Positions 22,943-36,579 of a stretch of 64,000 nt of DNA are shown here, piece after piece. Origin of the DNA: Ginglymostoma cirratum (Eukaryota). Location of the stretch: NCBI GenBank assembly GCA_024137785.1, contig JAHRHZ010000031.1, forward strand, positions 8,059,582-8,123,581, in the 5' to 3' direction. The notes under the pieces were generated by a model, which was not told where the DNA came from, did not search any database, and saw only the letters and a list, made by a program, of their open reading frames with translations. The stretch's first letter is position 1; the number at the start of each line of letters is the position of its first letter. Position numbers and translations under genes: made by a program.

Positions 22943-25264
22943 TGATGAACTCTGTTCAGTTCACAAGTCCCTGAACTTCAGTTTAATTTCCATTTTACTC
23001 CTGGCTCTGCTCCCTCACCTGATCTGCAGGATATGTACTGCAGTTTCTGTTCTTAGTTCTCTTCAAACTGTTGGCCTGAATACATGAATAAATAAAGACA
23101 TTTTAATCATGTTTAAAAATAAAAATAATACAAGTGGCCATTCATAACTACAGCCCAAATGTTGCAAACATCCCTGTATCACTCAAACCAACATGGGCAA
23201 CCCTGCCATTCTATTAACACTGAAAGCTTTTTGCAAAGTTGCACAAAAAACACATATTATCAAAAAGGCACAATAATACAGGGAAGTACTGGCTCAGAAA
23301 TTGTACTTAACGTTAAGAAATACAATCTTCATGGCAGTTGTATTGCCAGACAGAGATGGGAGAAAAGAACATGTTGAGCGGTTTCTTGCTGAGGCCCGGG
23401 ATAGTGGGGAGAGAGGGTCTTGATGATCTGGAGAGCTGTCAAGGGACCAACATTGCCTATTCTTGGGAAGGTCTGCCAAACTCGACCCCAAAAGGAAGCT
23501 GCAAGGCCACTGACTAGTCTTCCCTTAGAAAGAAGATACAGGTCTTGCCTATTGGCTGATCAGAGTTTGTCAGCCCCTGTGTTCGGTAGTGCCACAGGGT
23601 GAGGCTCTGGCTGCTGGAGGAAAATACATACAGGATCCCATTGTCACTAAGAAACACAAGCCACAGCTAAGTACTGTTGGAGGGGGATTCACAGTGTTGC
23701 GGTCACACAGAACAAGAGGTAGCAAGATCAGAAAAACCCTCAGCAGGCACTACCTCCCCGCACCTTCCTCCTAGTACCCCAATCGGGTACCTAGAACCTT
23801 TGTTTAAGGAATTCAATCTCCAGAGGTAATGCAAACCTGTAGCATAGCAGCTCTGTGCGAGTCCATCTCCAGTCGGGTAAATCGCAATGTCACTAGGATA
23901 AGGCACTTAAGTGGTCATTAACTGGTCACAAGGATCTTGACTGGCAATTGGACAAGGTGGTCAACTGTGTGCCTTTCTGCTCGGAACAATTCCAGCAAGT
24001 GGAAAGGCAATGGGTTTCAGGTACACTCCCCAAATTAAATACCCTTTCCCCCTTCAAGCTCACGAATAGTGAAAACAGAACGTTTCACCCATTGAGTGGA
24101 GTTCCAAAAGGGTCAGGAGACACGGCCGATTCTTGGAGTTTACATAAATGAATTACATATTGAAACAGATAACATACAGGTCAAACTTGATGAGGGTGCA
24201 AAGAAAAAAGCATTAGGGGTAGAACAGAAAACAAATTTAGATATATTAGGCAATTGGGCTTCATAAGGTAAACTTTTATTTCATTGTTTATACAGTTCAT
24301 GCATGTTCCTACTTCTGTACAGGAAAGATATCTGCATCTGGACAAAGATCAACAAAGCTGCATCTTAAAATTCCATTAAAAGGACACAGCTCTTTGGAAT
24401 TATGGCCAGATCTTAGAGAATGCAGGAAAGGTTGGCTCTGTTGGTCTTACTAAGTGCAACAATAATAGACTCGATGTTTCAGCTGGTCATCGTATACACA
24501 ATTCTGCTACATTAAACTTTGCAAGTTTTCCCAATCTAAACAGTAGCATTTAATTCCTCCCTTTCAGTTCCAATTTTATGCAGTTTTTGAGCATTTTCAT
24601 CACGCAGCAGAATTGGAAGAAACTAATGCACAGCCGACGTGGCCATCATTTCCTGAAGCAGAGACATTGGATTCAGGAACAATGGTACAGCCTTGACCAA
24701 TCTGAAACCGGAATCAAGGAACAACACACGCTATATTACTGGCAACCAAGTCTGATTCCTTTATTTTCCATGATAGAACACCACTTGCAAAGGAAATCAG
24801 CAATATTCGATTTGACTAAGTCTCTGATGGACAAGACAATTCAAATAGACATATCTTGTGATCTTATTTGGTACATGGGTTTGATTGTCAGTTCTTTTGC
24901 AACTCAAGACATACCAAACTCTTTGTCATGACTCTATACCAGTCATTTTATTGAACAATTTTTCTGAGCCTCAGTTTTCCCAATTTAGAAGGTCTGCTGC
25001 CTTTAAACAGCTAGTTTCTCCGAGGCCTGAGTGTGCAGTCAACAACAAAAAACACAAATACAGGTTAATACTCATGGGTTCGTTATCCTATCCTGCTTGC
25101 ATTTGAAAATAATGCAGTTGATGCAGCTGTTACCTGTCAGTTCAAGAGAAGGGATAGTTAGGCTGTAACTCTGTTGTTGTGTACCCGCTGCTGCTCACAT
25201 ATCCATTTCCTGTTTAATAAATCTGCTCGACCATTGTTAAAACCTCAGTCAGTACAGGAGCAGA

Positions 25265-25850
25265 AAGGTCATGTTGCACCATACAGTACATTGGTTAGGC
25301 CACTTTCGGGCTACTGCATGCCATTCTGGTCTCCACGCTATAGGAAGGATGTTATGAAACTTGAAAGGGTTCAAAAAAGATTTACAAGGATGTTGCAAAG
25401 TTTGGTGGGTTTGAGCTATAGGGAGGGGCTGAATAGGCTAGGACTAGTCTTCGTGGAGCACTGGAGGTTGAGGTCCTAAGGTGACCTTATAATATCATGT
25501 GGGGCATAGATAGGGTGAATAGTCAAGGTACTTTTCCCAGGGTGGGGCAGTCCAAAACTAGAGGGCATAGTTTTAAGATGAAAGGGGAAAGGTTTAAAAA
25601 GTGACCTAAGGGGCAACTTTTTCACACAGTGGGTGGTGTGTATATTGAACGAACTGCCAGAGGTAGTGGTGGAGGCTGGTACAGTTACAACATTTAAAAG
25701 GCATCTAGATGGGTTTATGAATAGAAAGGACTTAGAGGGATATGGGCAAATGTTAGCAAATGGGACTAGATCTATTTCGAATATCCGGTCAACATGGATG
25801 AGTTGGACCAAAGAGTCTGTTTCCGCGCTGAACATCTCCATAACTCTATA
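25265..25850 (+). mobile_element. CR1 (HER1-like) LINE 3' fragment
   Basis: YSTLVRPLSGYCMPFWSPRYRKDVMKLERVQKRFTRML..LSYREGLNRLGL and NELPEVVVEAGTVTTFKRHLDGFMNRK; tail ending cataactctataattc. Confidence 0.9.
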
Positions 25851-26334
25851 ATTCATTAAGACTTTGTTTGTACAACCCATAACCAAATCATAATCTAGTG
25901 AGAAAAATTATTGCCTTGATCCCTGAAAATGTCACACATTCCTTACATATTGAGTCAGTAAGTGCAAACCCTGAGTTATTGCAATGATATGTTATACTTA
26001 ACCATTAAAATCCAAAAGCATGTTGTTGGGAGCATGTGGTGTAAATATCCTTAATACCAATTTAACAAGGAACTATCAAAGGAATCATCGATAACTTGAA
26101 GGAAGACAAGGATGCAGTTAAGGTAATATATTCAATTGTCAAGTTTACACCAACTTTGAAAAAAAAAGCCAATAATTGAAATTATACAGATTTCATTTTT
26201 CAAGCAGTGAGAAGAGCAACACTAACGTCAGTGAACAAATTAACCTATTTGGCCAATTGAATGATCAGTTGTGAATTATGTTGATGTTGGATTTGTTCAA
26301 TGGAGGGATTGTTCAAGTTAAAAACTGCAAGACT

Positions 26335-26690
26335 TTTTATTTAATTTGTTCAGGGAACGTGAATGTCGGTGGGTTGGCCAGCATTTATTGCTCATCTTTA
26401 ATGACCAAGAAGGCGTTTGAGAATCAACCACATCGTTGTGGGTCTGGAGTCACATGTAGGCAAACCAGGTAGAGACAACTGTTTCCTGGATATTAGTGAA
26501 CCAGATGGGCTTTTCCGACAATTGACAATGGTTTTCAAAGCTATCATGAGACTCTCAATTCCAGACTTTTTTTTTGAATTGAATTCAAATTCCACCATCT
26601 GCCATGGTAGGATTCACCCCAGGTACCTGGAGTATTACCTAGGTCTCTGGATTAATGCTCTAGTGATAATGCCATGAGGTCATCATCTCC
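26335..26690 (-). mobile_element. tRNA-derived SINE (same family as 3405)
   Basis: ggccagcatttattgc..gagaatcaaccacatcgttgtgggtctggagtcacatgtagg..gaattcaaattccaccatctgccatgg. Confidence 0.8.
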
Positions 26691-27169
26691 CAGTGTTGCC
26701 TAAACATATATGCACATGAAACTGCCTTGTAGGTACCTGCTGTTGTTGAGTTTGAACGTTTGCTTAAGTTTATCTCCAAAGCACCCACACACTACCTGAA
26801 TGATGAAGCATTTGTTTTGACAATATGCATTTAAGCAAGTCCTAAACCGTCACTGACATGGATAACAAACACACGTATTCAGTTTATCAGTAATCAATGC
26901 CTTTTTGTTTTATTTTAAAAATACAAATGTAACGATGGGACTTGAAAATGTGATTTTGTTAAAATATTGAATATCTCATAGCTATTTGTTGCACCATCAG
27001 TGTTGCTAAATTGTCAAAATGGGACTGAATGAACACAAAAAACAAGCACTCAGCCCAGATTTCAGAGTACTTTGAAAACAACTCGTAATTCTCATATACA
27101 CCTCCGTTCTGAATTTTCAGCTGCTTGACTGAATAATCAGATCTGATCAACAAATCAACACAACAAAAT

Positions 27170-27490
27170 TAGGAACATAAGTAACAACAGTGGGCCATTC
27201 GGCCCCTCAAACGTGCCCCACCTTTCAATTACAAAATGCCTGACGATTCGATCCGCTCCTTTTACTGAACTTGTTTCTATGTCACTTCGTATCTTGAACT
27301 GACAAACATCAGGAAATATTCTTTTTGAAATCTTCAATTGGCCTATCTCATCAAATATTTGGGATAGAAAATTTTGAATTTTCACTAATCATGTGAAAGA
27401 ACTACTTACCTGACAACATTCCTCGTTGACCCAGTCATAATTTTACCACTATGCTCCCTTGTTCCAGATTCCACAGTGGAAATACTTGTT
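27170..27490 (-). mobile_element. CR1 LINE 3' fragment, old
   Basis: aggaacataagtaacaacagtgggccattcggcccctc... is a reverse CR1 tail. Confidence 0.6.
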
Positions 27491-27504
27491 ATCTATCACA
27501 GATT

Positions 27505-27680
27505 CACAGAATAACAGAATCACCACAGGTGTAGAAAGAGGCCATTTGGCCCACTGAGTCTGCACTGACCATCCAAAGAGCTCCCTATACCTTCCTCACC
27601 ATATCCCTGCAACCTTGTCCCTCACACCCCCATTTACCATGAATAGTCCACCTGGCCTGCACATCCCTGCACTCTACGGT
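27505..27680 (-). mobile_element. HE1-type SINE, 3' half
   Basis: cacagaataacagaatc..gaggccatttggcccactgagtctgcactgacc..ccacctggcctgcacatccc is the reverse of the 22775-22942 tail. Confidence 0.65.
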
Positions 27681-27886
27681 GCAACTTAGCAAGGCCAAGA
27701 ACGGAATACACTCACAGCCAAATAGATGGAGGCCAAGGCCTCACAGTTACTGTCCCAAGCCATCACTAACAGAACTGATTCTCAGTCTAAGTGAAGGGCA
27801 TGAGGTGAATTAGCTCAGGACCTGATAGATCACATCCTCAATCTGACTAAAGGTAAGTTTATGACTGTGCACAGCATATTCATGGT

Positions 27887-27932
27887 ACACCTTGTTATCT
27901 CAGACTTCAGCATCAGCAGTTGCTACTATCTC
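27887..27932 (+). mobile_element. Penelope-terminal unit, tail only
   Basis: acaccttgttatctcagacttcagcatcagcagttgctactatctct is a near reverse complement of 61336-61384. Confidence 0.65.
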
Positions 27933-28165
27933 TTTACCATTGGTTAAATGTGTCCCTTGGGAAAACTCTGCACATGAGATAAAAGTCTCTCATTGTGGAG
28001 TAGTTACTAATTTGTGTGTAGAAATGCATTGTTGTCAAATTTCATGTATTAAAAATTGACTTTCAAAGTGCACCACTCTATATTTGAAGTTTGGATTACT
28101 TGTAATAGGAGGACACCATTTTAGATTTGCTCTTGGGACATGGCCTGGACCAGCATATTTTGCCT

Positions 28166-28195
28166 GGTAGGTAGGTAGGTAGGTAGGTAGGTAGG
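28166..28195. repeat. (GGTA)7 microsatellite
   Basis: Direct reading; abuts the 3' side of the PLE fragment. Confidence 0.95.
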
Positions 28196-28450
28196 AAGTG
28201 GGGGTGGGGGTTGGTCAGTGAGGTGGGAGGAGCGGATAGGTGAGAGAAAAGGTGGACAGGTCAAGGAGGTGGGGGCGAGAGGGAGGGCCGGTCTTGGGCT
28301 GAGGTTGGGGGAGGGGAGAATTTGGAGCTTGTGCAGTCCACATTGAGACCATTGGGCTGCAAGGTTCCCAGGCGGAATATGAGGTGCTGTTCCTCCAGTC
28401 TTCGGGTGGCATCATTGTGGCACTGGAGGCGGCCCAGGATGAACATGTCG
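28196..28450 (-). mobile_element. Penelope-like element, GIY-YIG endonuclease C-terminus and 3' UTR
   Basis: ORF 28261-28446 MFILGRLQCHNDATRRLEEQHLIFRLGTLQPNGLNVD matches the PLE terminal motif R.LEE..LIF.LGTL.P.GLN. Confidence 0.9.
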
Positions 28451-30164
28451 TCCGGCCCAGGAGGAACATGTCATGGCCCGTGCGTCCATTGCATTCCTGG
28501 TAATCTGTCTCTGTATTTAATGCTTCCAAAGGCTGGTAATCCAGGAAGTGCTGACAATAAGGCACCCTGAAAACTAGCAGAACCAAGGTTGAACATTGAG
28601 ATACTGGAGCCCATATTAAGTTGAGGACTATGTACGTGCGCTGGTACTTTTGTTTTTGAGAAGATCTTTGGGTAACAGAGATTTTCTCCCTTGCTTATGC
28701 TCGAATCAAATCTTTGCTTCTGTGATGCAAACTCCAGCGTAGCCATTTTTCACCTTAACAACTGGTGAGACTGGTACAATCCTTAAGCAGTGATCACAGA
28801 TACTAGTTCAAATCTTGACACAAAAAGGTGAGGGACAGCTACGTTCATTTTATCACCCACTTGATAGGGGGGCCAAGCTACAGAATAGCTTTTAATAGCT
28901 GCTCATTCAATGAGACATCTTGAGACAAAGAATTTCTGATTCAGGATCACACAGAAAACAGATTCATCATTTGAAAATATAGTGGTATTTAAACCTCAAT
29001 ATGGTGTCCGATACAGCTTCCATCCTGAGTATTTGAAAAGCAAACTATCAATTACTTCTCCACCTACCTCCAACCCTGAGCTTACCCCTGACAATGCTGT
29101 TGTAAAAAATGTGTCACAACACATTCATCTGTTTTCTCAGGTTCAAAATTTGAAAAAAAGAGTTTTTCCTTGGCCTTGCTTGCAAAAATTTCAGAAAAAT
29201 CTATGGTTTTCTGTTTCCATGGGAACCATTGCAAGCAAGTGTGATTTTCCTTCTGCTATTATAATCTGTAACTCCATGGAGTTTCTGATTACAGCTCCAC
29301 AGGGCTTGAGGGACCTTCATATAACTTGATAATCAAGCTTTCAAAATACTTACACAAAAACATACCTACAGTTATCTATCAAAATGCAAATTATTCCCAC
29401 ACATATTAACTTAACCCAAGTTAAAAATGCTACAATAATATTTTTAGTAGCTTTACCCCATGTCCAACCCACCATTTTTTTTTAAAAAAAGACAGAAGTG
29501 CATAGCTAGTTACGAACTAATGCAAACCATTTTTGTCAAGGACAAAAGCCATGAAATAATTATTTGGTTCACATGGAAACCAGAAGTAAGAATCTGTTAT
29601 GTGGAAACATTTGTCATATCATATTTAGAAGAACAAGTTCTCATATAAGCTTGTTCCATCCATTAAGGTCATTTTGCACATTTTGGTTTGTGCAGATTTA
29701 CAGCTGGAAGCTCAGCTTATTTTCTCAGGGGGAAACTTTACCCTACAATTCTAAATTCCCTCACAAGGATATATTCCCTTCATCCTGGCCTTGCCCCATC
29801 CAAAGCTGCAGTTCAGTCACTTCTGGCATAATGTCCACCTTCAGTACATGAAGATAATAAGTTGCTGCTGTAAGAAAGGGATCTCGTAAAAGTTAAAGCC
29901 ATTAACTTACCAATTTTATAAATCTTGAGAATTGTATCTGTCAAGAACTTTACTGTCTGCTTGGTACCAGAAGCAGAAACCAGCATCAGGAAGGATGAAA
30001 GAAGTCTGACCAGCATGGTGGACAAATTTCCCCAGGTGGGTTCTCTGACTTAAGGACAGAGTTGGGGGAAATCTTGGATCTAAAGATTGTATGGGTAGGG
30101 AGAGGAGTGGACATCAGAGACGTGCAGTAAAGACAGGAATTTTACAGACAAACGTCTCTCTGAA

Positions 30165-30165
<1 letters not shown>

Positions 30166-30226
<61 letters not shown>
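30166..30226. repeat. (AC)30 microsatellite
   Basis: Direct reading. Confidence 0.98.
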
Positions 30227-30228
<2 letters not shown>

Positions 30229-30949
30229 GTGAGCAGCATCTGCTACACCTTTCTGATGTCAACAAGAGGCCCAAACAATTTGTGTAACAGAATTTCATTT
30301 TAAAATTTGAGGAGAGCCGTCAAAAGTATTTCCATTTGTGATTGGCAGTTCATCCTATGGGGCATAGGAATTCCAGTGGGTCACCACTATTTAATGCAGG
30401 TTTCATCCCTTAAAAAGTTGAACAATCTGTCAGATCAAAATCAAAACAGTTTTCTGACACTAATAAAGTAGATATTACAGCAGGATTATTATTTTTCTTA
30501 GGACGATGTTGTGGAGGTTCTTATTGAAGTGATAAACAACACAAAGGCTCTCCACAATGGGTTTGAGTACCTGGGCAAACACGAAAGTAGGTGCTATGGA
30601 CAGTGCTTGTGGAGACTATTAGCGGAGATATGTGGATAATTCACCATGAATGCAATTGGATTTTTGGTAGGCTGTGGATTAACACCTCACCAAACAAAAA
30701 CCTTGAGGAATGTAGACCCAGCCCGCAGTATGTCTTGTAATTAGAGTATCACCAAACAGTGCAGGGGTGATCAAGTGGCCTGTGAAAACTACACTGACTT
30801 TCTACAAATAATTTAGCTTGGAGCACTCCCTTGCTCACACTTCAAAGTCATACAATTTTTTTTTGCCTTCAAGTTCTCCACCACCCTCCTGGGCATTCCA
30901 GACCATAACTACCCACTTTCATATAAAAATCCTGCCATGTCACCTTTCA

Positions 30950-31325
30950 CATCACTAGTAGCTAGTAGAAATCCAGGTGTCCAGGCTAAAGTTCTGGGGT
31001 CACAGGTTCAAATCCCACCATGGCAACTGGATGACTTCGGCTTCAATTAATGAATCTGGATTTGAAAGCTAGTCTCAGTTATACTGACCATGAAACTGCC
31101 ATCATTGATCTTAAAAATCTACCTGGTTCATGAATGTCCTTCAGAGAAGGGGAACCACTATCCTTATCCAGTCTGGCCGACATGTGGGTGTGAGACATGC
31201 AGTAATGTGAATAACTCTTAGCTACCCTCTGAAAATGGCCTAGCAAGCCAGCCATTCAGTTCGAAGGAAGTTAGGGATGGGGAACAAATTCTAGCCTTGC
31301 TAGCAATCCCCACATTCAACAAAAA
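30950..31325 (+). mobile_element. tRNA-derived SINE (same family as 3405)
   Basis: B box ggttcaaatcc, body tgaccatgaaactgcc..ctggttcatgaatgtccttcag, tail ttagggatgggg..caacaaaaaa. Confidence 0.75.
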
Positions 31326-31344
31326 AACAAATTGTAAAAAAAAA

Positions 31345-31730
31345 TTGTGCCACACAAGTACCAGGCAATGACCATCTCCTGTTGGTATTCCACTTCATTA
31401 TTATTGCTGAACACCCCACTATCAACCTGGAGTTTATCACTGGCCAGAAACTGAATTGGACCAGCCATATAAATATTGTGGCTGCAAGAACAAGTTAAGG
31501 ATGGGAATTTCATGGCAAGTAACTCACCACCTGACTCCTGTCCATCTACTAGACACATTGGCAGAATGATGGAACACTTTGCACTTGCCTGGGATTTCTG
31601 ATTCAATAGCATTTTAAAAGCTCAACACCCTCCAGTACGAAGCAGTACAACTGACTGGCCTGCCACCCACCATCATAAACTTCACTGGCTCCATCACCAA
31701 CACATGGTGGCAGTGTGTTCATCTTTAAGC
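31345..31730 (+). mobile_element. L2/CR1-group LINE RT C-terminal fragment
   Basis: PHKYQAMTIS, QKLNWTSHINIVAAR and VTHHLTP; same family as 47235-47730. Confidence 0.7.
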
Positions 31731-32109
31731 ATGAATTAACAAAAAGTAGTTATTGGCTTTCTGCCACTACTAATGTCTTTTCAATCACTGGATGAGTTTT
31801 AAATATGAGGGACTGCTCTTTCCCTGTGGATTAATGATAAATGAAAATCCAGATTCTCTCATGTCCACCTTTCTGGAAGAGGACAACAGCCCTCTTACAA
31901 TACTTTTCTACATCTAGCCACAAGTCCATCTGCTGCCCCTCCACCCTCAGGACACAGAGCAAAATATGGAAATCCTACTACTTACCCATCCAGGTTAGGC
32001 CAAGACAAATCAAACGGCCAAGTCACCTAGTTTTGTGTTGATCAATAATTTTAAATAATATTATTAGAAACTTTTTTTTAAAAAAAGAGATGCAAAGTAA
32101 AAAGAAAAT

Positions 32110-32866
32110 TGATAATTTTGGAATTTAATAATAGTAATAACAGCAAAATGGACGATGTTTTAAATGATAAAAAATTGCAGCACGCTGCTGTGCAGAGGGA
32201 CTTGGGTGTCCTTGTGCATGAATCACTAAAAGTAGGATTGCAGGTACAGCAGGTAATTAAAAAGGCAAATGGAATTTTGTCTGTCATTGCTCAAGGGATG
32301 GAGTTTAAAAACAGGGAGGCTATGCTGCAGCTGTATCGGGTCCTGGCGAGGCCACAGTTGGAGTACTGTGTGCAGTTTTGGTCTTCTTACTTGAGAAGGG
32401 ATATACTAGCACTGGAGGGGGTGCTGAGGAGATTCACTCGGTTGATTCCAGAGTTGAGAGAGTTGGATTATGAGGAGAGATCTTATAGAAACATATAAGA
32501 TTATGAAGGGAATAGATAAGGTGGAGGCAGGGAGGTTGTTTCCGCTAGCAGGTGAAACTAGGACTAGAGGGCATCACCTCAAAATAAAGGGAAGCAGATG
32601 TAGGACTGAGGTCAGGAGGAACTTCTTCACCCAAAGGGTTGTGAATCTGTGGCATTCCCTGCCCAGTGAAGCGGTTGAAGCTACCTCACTGAATGTTTTT
32701 AAGGCAAGGCTAGATAAATTTTTGAACAGTAAAGGAATTCAGGGTTATGGTGAGTGGGCGGGTAAGTGGAGCTGAATCTCAAAAAGATCAGTCATGATCT
32801 TATTGAATGGCGGGGCAGGCTCGAGGGGCCAGATAGCCTACTCCTGTTCCTAGTTCTGGTGTTCTA
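32110..32866 (+). mobile_element. CR1 LINE 3' fragment, relatively young
   Basis: ORFs 32109 and 32470: QRDLGVLVHESLKV..KKANGIL..LEYCVQFWS and DLIETYKIMKGIDKV..TRGH..RRNFFTQRVVNLW; internal deletion near 32480; intact tail. Confidence 0.92.
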
Positions 32867-32929
32867 ATTTCCACAAAAATTCAATGCTGATCAAATTTTC
32901 AGCTGTCTCTCTTCCTCTCAGTTCAGGAA

Positions 32930-33080
32930 CAAACCATCTGGTTCACTATTGCCCTTTCCTGGTCTAGCCTACATTTGACCCACAGAAATGTGGTTGATGC
33001 TTCACTGCCCGCTGGGCAATTAGGCCTGGGCAATAAATGTTGGCCGAGCAAGCGATGCCTTCATCCTATGAGTAAGCAAA
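32930..33080 (+). mobile_element. tRNA-derived SINE, 3' part
   Basis: ccatctggttcacta..aatgtggttga..gggcaattaggcctgggcaataaatgttggcc. Confidence 0.7.
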
Positions 33081-33859
33081 GGTCCTGATCTTTCCATAAG
33101 AAGCAGTTTGACATTTACAGGTCTAATCTATAATGTTTTGGAGAATGATAACTTATACCGCAAACTATTTCCAAACGTCTGTGGTCTATCTGAAATTGAT
33201 CTATTTAAAAACGAACAGCAGCAGGCCACGTATTCCCTTCTTAATGCCTGATGTGCAATGGTTCAGGGGCAAAAAGCAACATACTGAACTGTTCAGATAC
33301 ACTAAGCCTGGAATTTTAATACTGCGACAATTTCTCTGGGAAGAACTAACTGAAGGAATTGTAGTGCTTACACTGAATTGGCCTGTAGAACAAATGCTTG
33401 TATTTGCAAATAAACCTGAGAGTACTACTTAACGTCTCACCAGGAGGATTTCCAATTAGAGTTAGATTTCAGCTTGTCAAACTGTCATAGATACCAGATT
33501 TGCAGGACCATGAATTCATCATGGTTTTATAAATGGTCCAATTCTCTTCAAATCCCTCAATAAAATAAATAGTGCAGCCCTTTCTCTCATTTATCACTGT
33601 AAGTTGGTGAGAAATTCCATCACGCAGCAACAAATAAAAAAGCTCCCTTCAGTAACGCATTTTTAAAAAATTTTCTTTCAGGATAATTTATGACATAACC
33701 ATTTCCGTGTTAGTCATTAATAGTTCAAATTGAAAAATCTAACTGTGCTCAGTGACTGGCTGCCATACGAATTCCCAGTTCTTGCGATGTGATAATCCAT
33801 GCTGTGGAATTTCTACAACAGTTCAGGTGAATGGAAAACAATATATAACACAACAACAC

Positions 33860-34120
33860 AGGTAATAGAAGCAGCAGACCATTCGGCCCCTCGAGCCTGC
33901 TCCATCAGTCAACAACATCACGGGTAATCAGATTGCGACCTCAACTCAACTTCCCTGTTTCCCATGTAACTGTCAATGCCTTGGCTGATCAAAAATCTAA
34001 TTCAGCCTTAGCTATAGGATATATGACTCAGCGCCCACTGTTCTCCGGGGAATGGAATTCCACGGACGAATGATGCTCTGAAAGAAAAAAAAAAATTCAT
34101 CACACTTGAGATGGGGAGAT
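33860..34120 (-). mobile_element. CR1 LINE 3' tail
   Basis: aatagaagcagcagaccattcggcccctcgagcctgctcc... is a reverse CR1 tail. Confidence 0.7.
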
Positions 34121-35419
34121 TTTTAAACGGAGTACAGGCGGCCCCAAATTAGTTTCACCAAAGGGGAAAGATTTTTATCCCTCAATGCAGGCTCAACGTT
34201 TAAAAAAATCGAGAAATGGAAGGATTCCACTCTGATCCAATCATAGATTTCAGGCAAAGTCCTCAATTCCCTAGGATTTTCTTGTTTACAGTAGTTTCAA
34301 AAAGAACCTTCAAGCAACGCAGTTTCCATTCAATTCTATTCTCAGATAACTTGGAAACTGCCACAGCAATACACTTCTATATTAGCATTTCCAGTGAGGC
34401 CTGTAACTGCCATTAAGAAATTCAAACTTGCAGGCAACTGCTGAGGGTATCACATCCAAACTATTACTGAAATGAAATGAAAAAGGCAACATTGACTAAA
34501 CATTATCATTGTCGGCAACCTATACTTCAAAAAGCACAAAACAGGACATTCCTCCTTCCTGTTTAACAATGTTAATCATTCTCCTGTTATGCTACATGTA
34601 GTGTAGGGGATAGACTTCTGGATGTGAAACTAATGGAATATGTCTTCTCTGAAAGAGTTTGGAAAGACATTACCTCTCCAACAATGTTCCCTGTAGGCTG
34701 TGCAATCATACAGCAGCCCACAAGCTGCACCCAAGTTGATTCCTTTAAAATAACAGCACAGACAAAAAATTGAAAGAATTGCACACTTCAACAAATTACC
34801 TGTGCATTCAGCATGGGGTGCTACTGAGAGAGAATGAGTCTATCCTGTAACATTAAAAAGTGATCTTAGTTTTTTTTTGCTGGAAAAAAAAACTTTTTTA
34901 TCCCCACCAAATACAAGGAACAAATAGGACTGCCACATAAACAACTGTTTGTGTGTAACTACGGTAGTTGAAAAGTCTATTTACTGATGACTTGCTTCAC
35001 TTGCGATTTTTAAATTGTAAAAGATAACACAGACATTTGGAAATTTTTTTTCAGATTTGCTTCTTTCCAGTTTTACAATGCTCCAATCATACTTAATGGG
35101 TTTAATCTAAACCTTTTACTGAATGCAAATTTCAACATAATCCCATGGTTGAAGATTTTATTTAATTTTGCTAAACTTGTATTCTTAGAAGGATTCCTTT
35201 AAATTATTTATGGATCTAGCCATTGAGAGCTGCGGTGACAAAGTAGGAATTCATTGTAACAATTTAGGACAAATATTTCAGAGATGCAATTTAGGAACTG
35301 TACATTTGTTCCATGGTTCCTTCCCTCCACCCAGGAATTGACAATAATATTTGTGAGGGAGGTTCACATCATTGATCCTGGCAATGGCAGGGTTGCCCTG
35401 AGGATACACTGAGTAAACC

Positions 35420-35800
35420 TGGGCCTTGCTTATATCAAGCTTTGCAGAATGTGAGGTGATTTTGTTGAAATACAGAAAATACAGAGAGGCTTGGCAGGCT
35501 CACTGCTGAAAGATTAGTTCCTCTGGTTGCATAGCCTGGAAACCTGCTTAAGAGTCTGAGGAGGAGGGGTGGCTATCCAAATTAGGTTAAATTTATTAAC
35601 TTGTGAATCTGTGGCATTCTCTACTCAGTTGGTGAGTAAAGTCAAGACAGAAGTCAATAATTTTTGGATACAAGAGAAATCAAGGGATATTGGGATAGTG
35701 TGGGAAAACTCAGTTGAGAAAGAAAACCAAATTTGAACTTATTGAATGGACGAGGATCAGGAATCATATGGCTTAGAATTGTTGTTCTTATTTCTCATGT
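35420..35800 (+). mobile_element. CR1 LINE 3' fragment, old
   Basis: gaggtgatttgttgaaa..ttgtgaatctgtggcattctct..gtcaagacagaagtcaataa..cttattgaatgg. Confidence 0.65.
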
Positions 35801-36579
35801 TCAGAGTAATCCACAAACTTCTACCAAACAAACACTTTCCTGGTCAAATGTGGCTAACAATCAGGACCAGGTATCTGTTGCAAACAAAGATCTGCAAAAT
35901 CTGAATAAGGGCCTCTCTGTCATCAGTTGATAACATTTTGTTCTGCCTGGTACAACCTGTGAACAGAGAATTTCTTACAGGATCTTCTTCATTCTTCAAA
36001 AGACCACATCACTCTCATTTTCTCATTCCTCACACCATACGCCAAGATCCCATTGGGATTAATGATTAGAGAGAGCATATTCAATGTCAACTTTAGCCAG
36101 AAGTCAACAAGAACTGCACTACAATGTCTTTTATCCTTAATAAAGGCAGTTTGTTTTATGTAATCATTCAAATGGAAGAAAGATTCCTTTTAGTGTCATT
36201 CAAGTATGTGCTTCTCCAGATGCTGATATGGTTGAAAAATATCTGACACTATCAGCGATACTTTCATGCAAAGATTAAAGGCCCCTACCCAGTACTTATT
36301 CATTGCCTGACACAGACTACTCGGTTGGGATAAATTAACTTCACAGATTAACAACAAGCAGACATGTAATACAGACTGCCGGTTCAGTGGAGTAGTCAGC
36401 AAGTCATTAACATTTGAAGGTTCAATTTTTCAGAAAGATGTCAAATCTGCTTGGGGGAGAAAAAAAAGATTTCATGGCACATTTCAGAAAGAAACCAGGA
36501 GGCCTGGGTTCAAGTTCCACCTGCTCCAGAGTCATCGAATAACATCTCTGAACAGGTTGACTGGAAAAATATGTTCATT

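Noticed and set aside
30080-30303. ORFs with CV/TH repeats
   Set aside because: Translation of the (AC)n microsatellite
32109-32775. Functional reverse transcriptase CDS
   Set aside because: 5'-truncated CR1 with an internal deletion and frameshift; lacks the RT catalytic core
33121-33432. Possible exon GLIYNVLENDNLYRKLF.. and 99-aa ORF
   Set aside because: Weak acceptor, no recognisable product and no supporting donor; too little evidence
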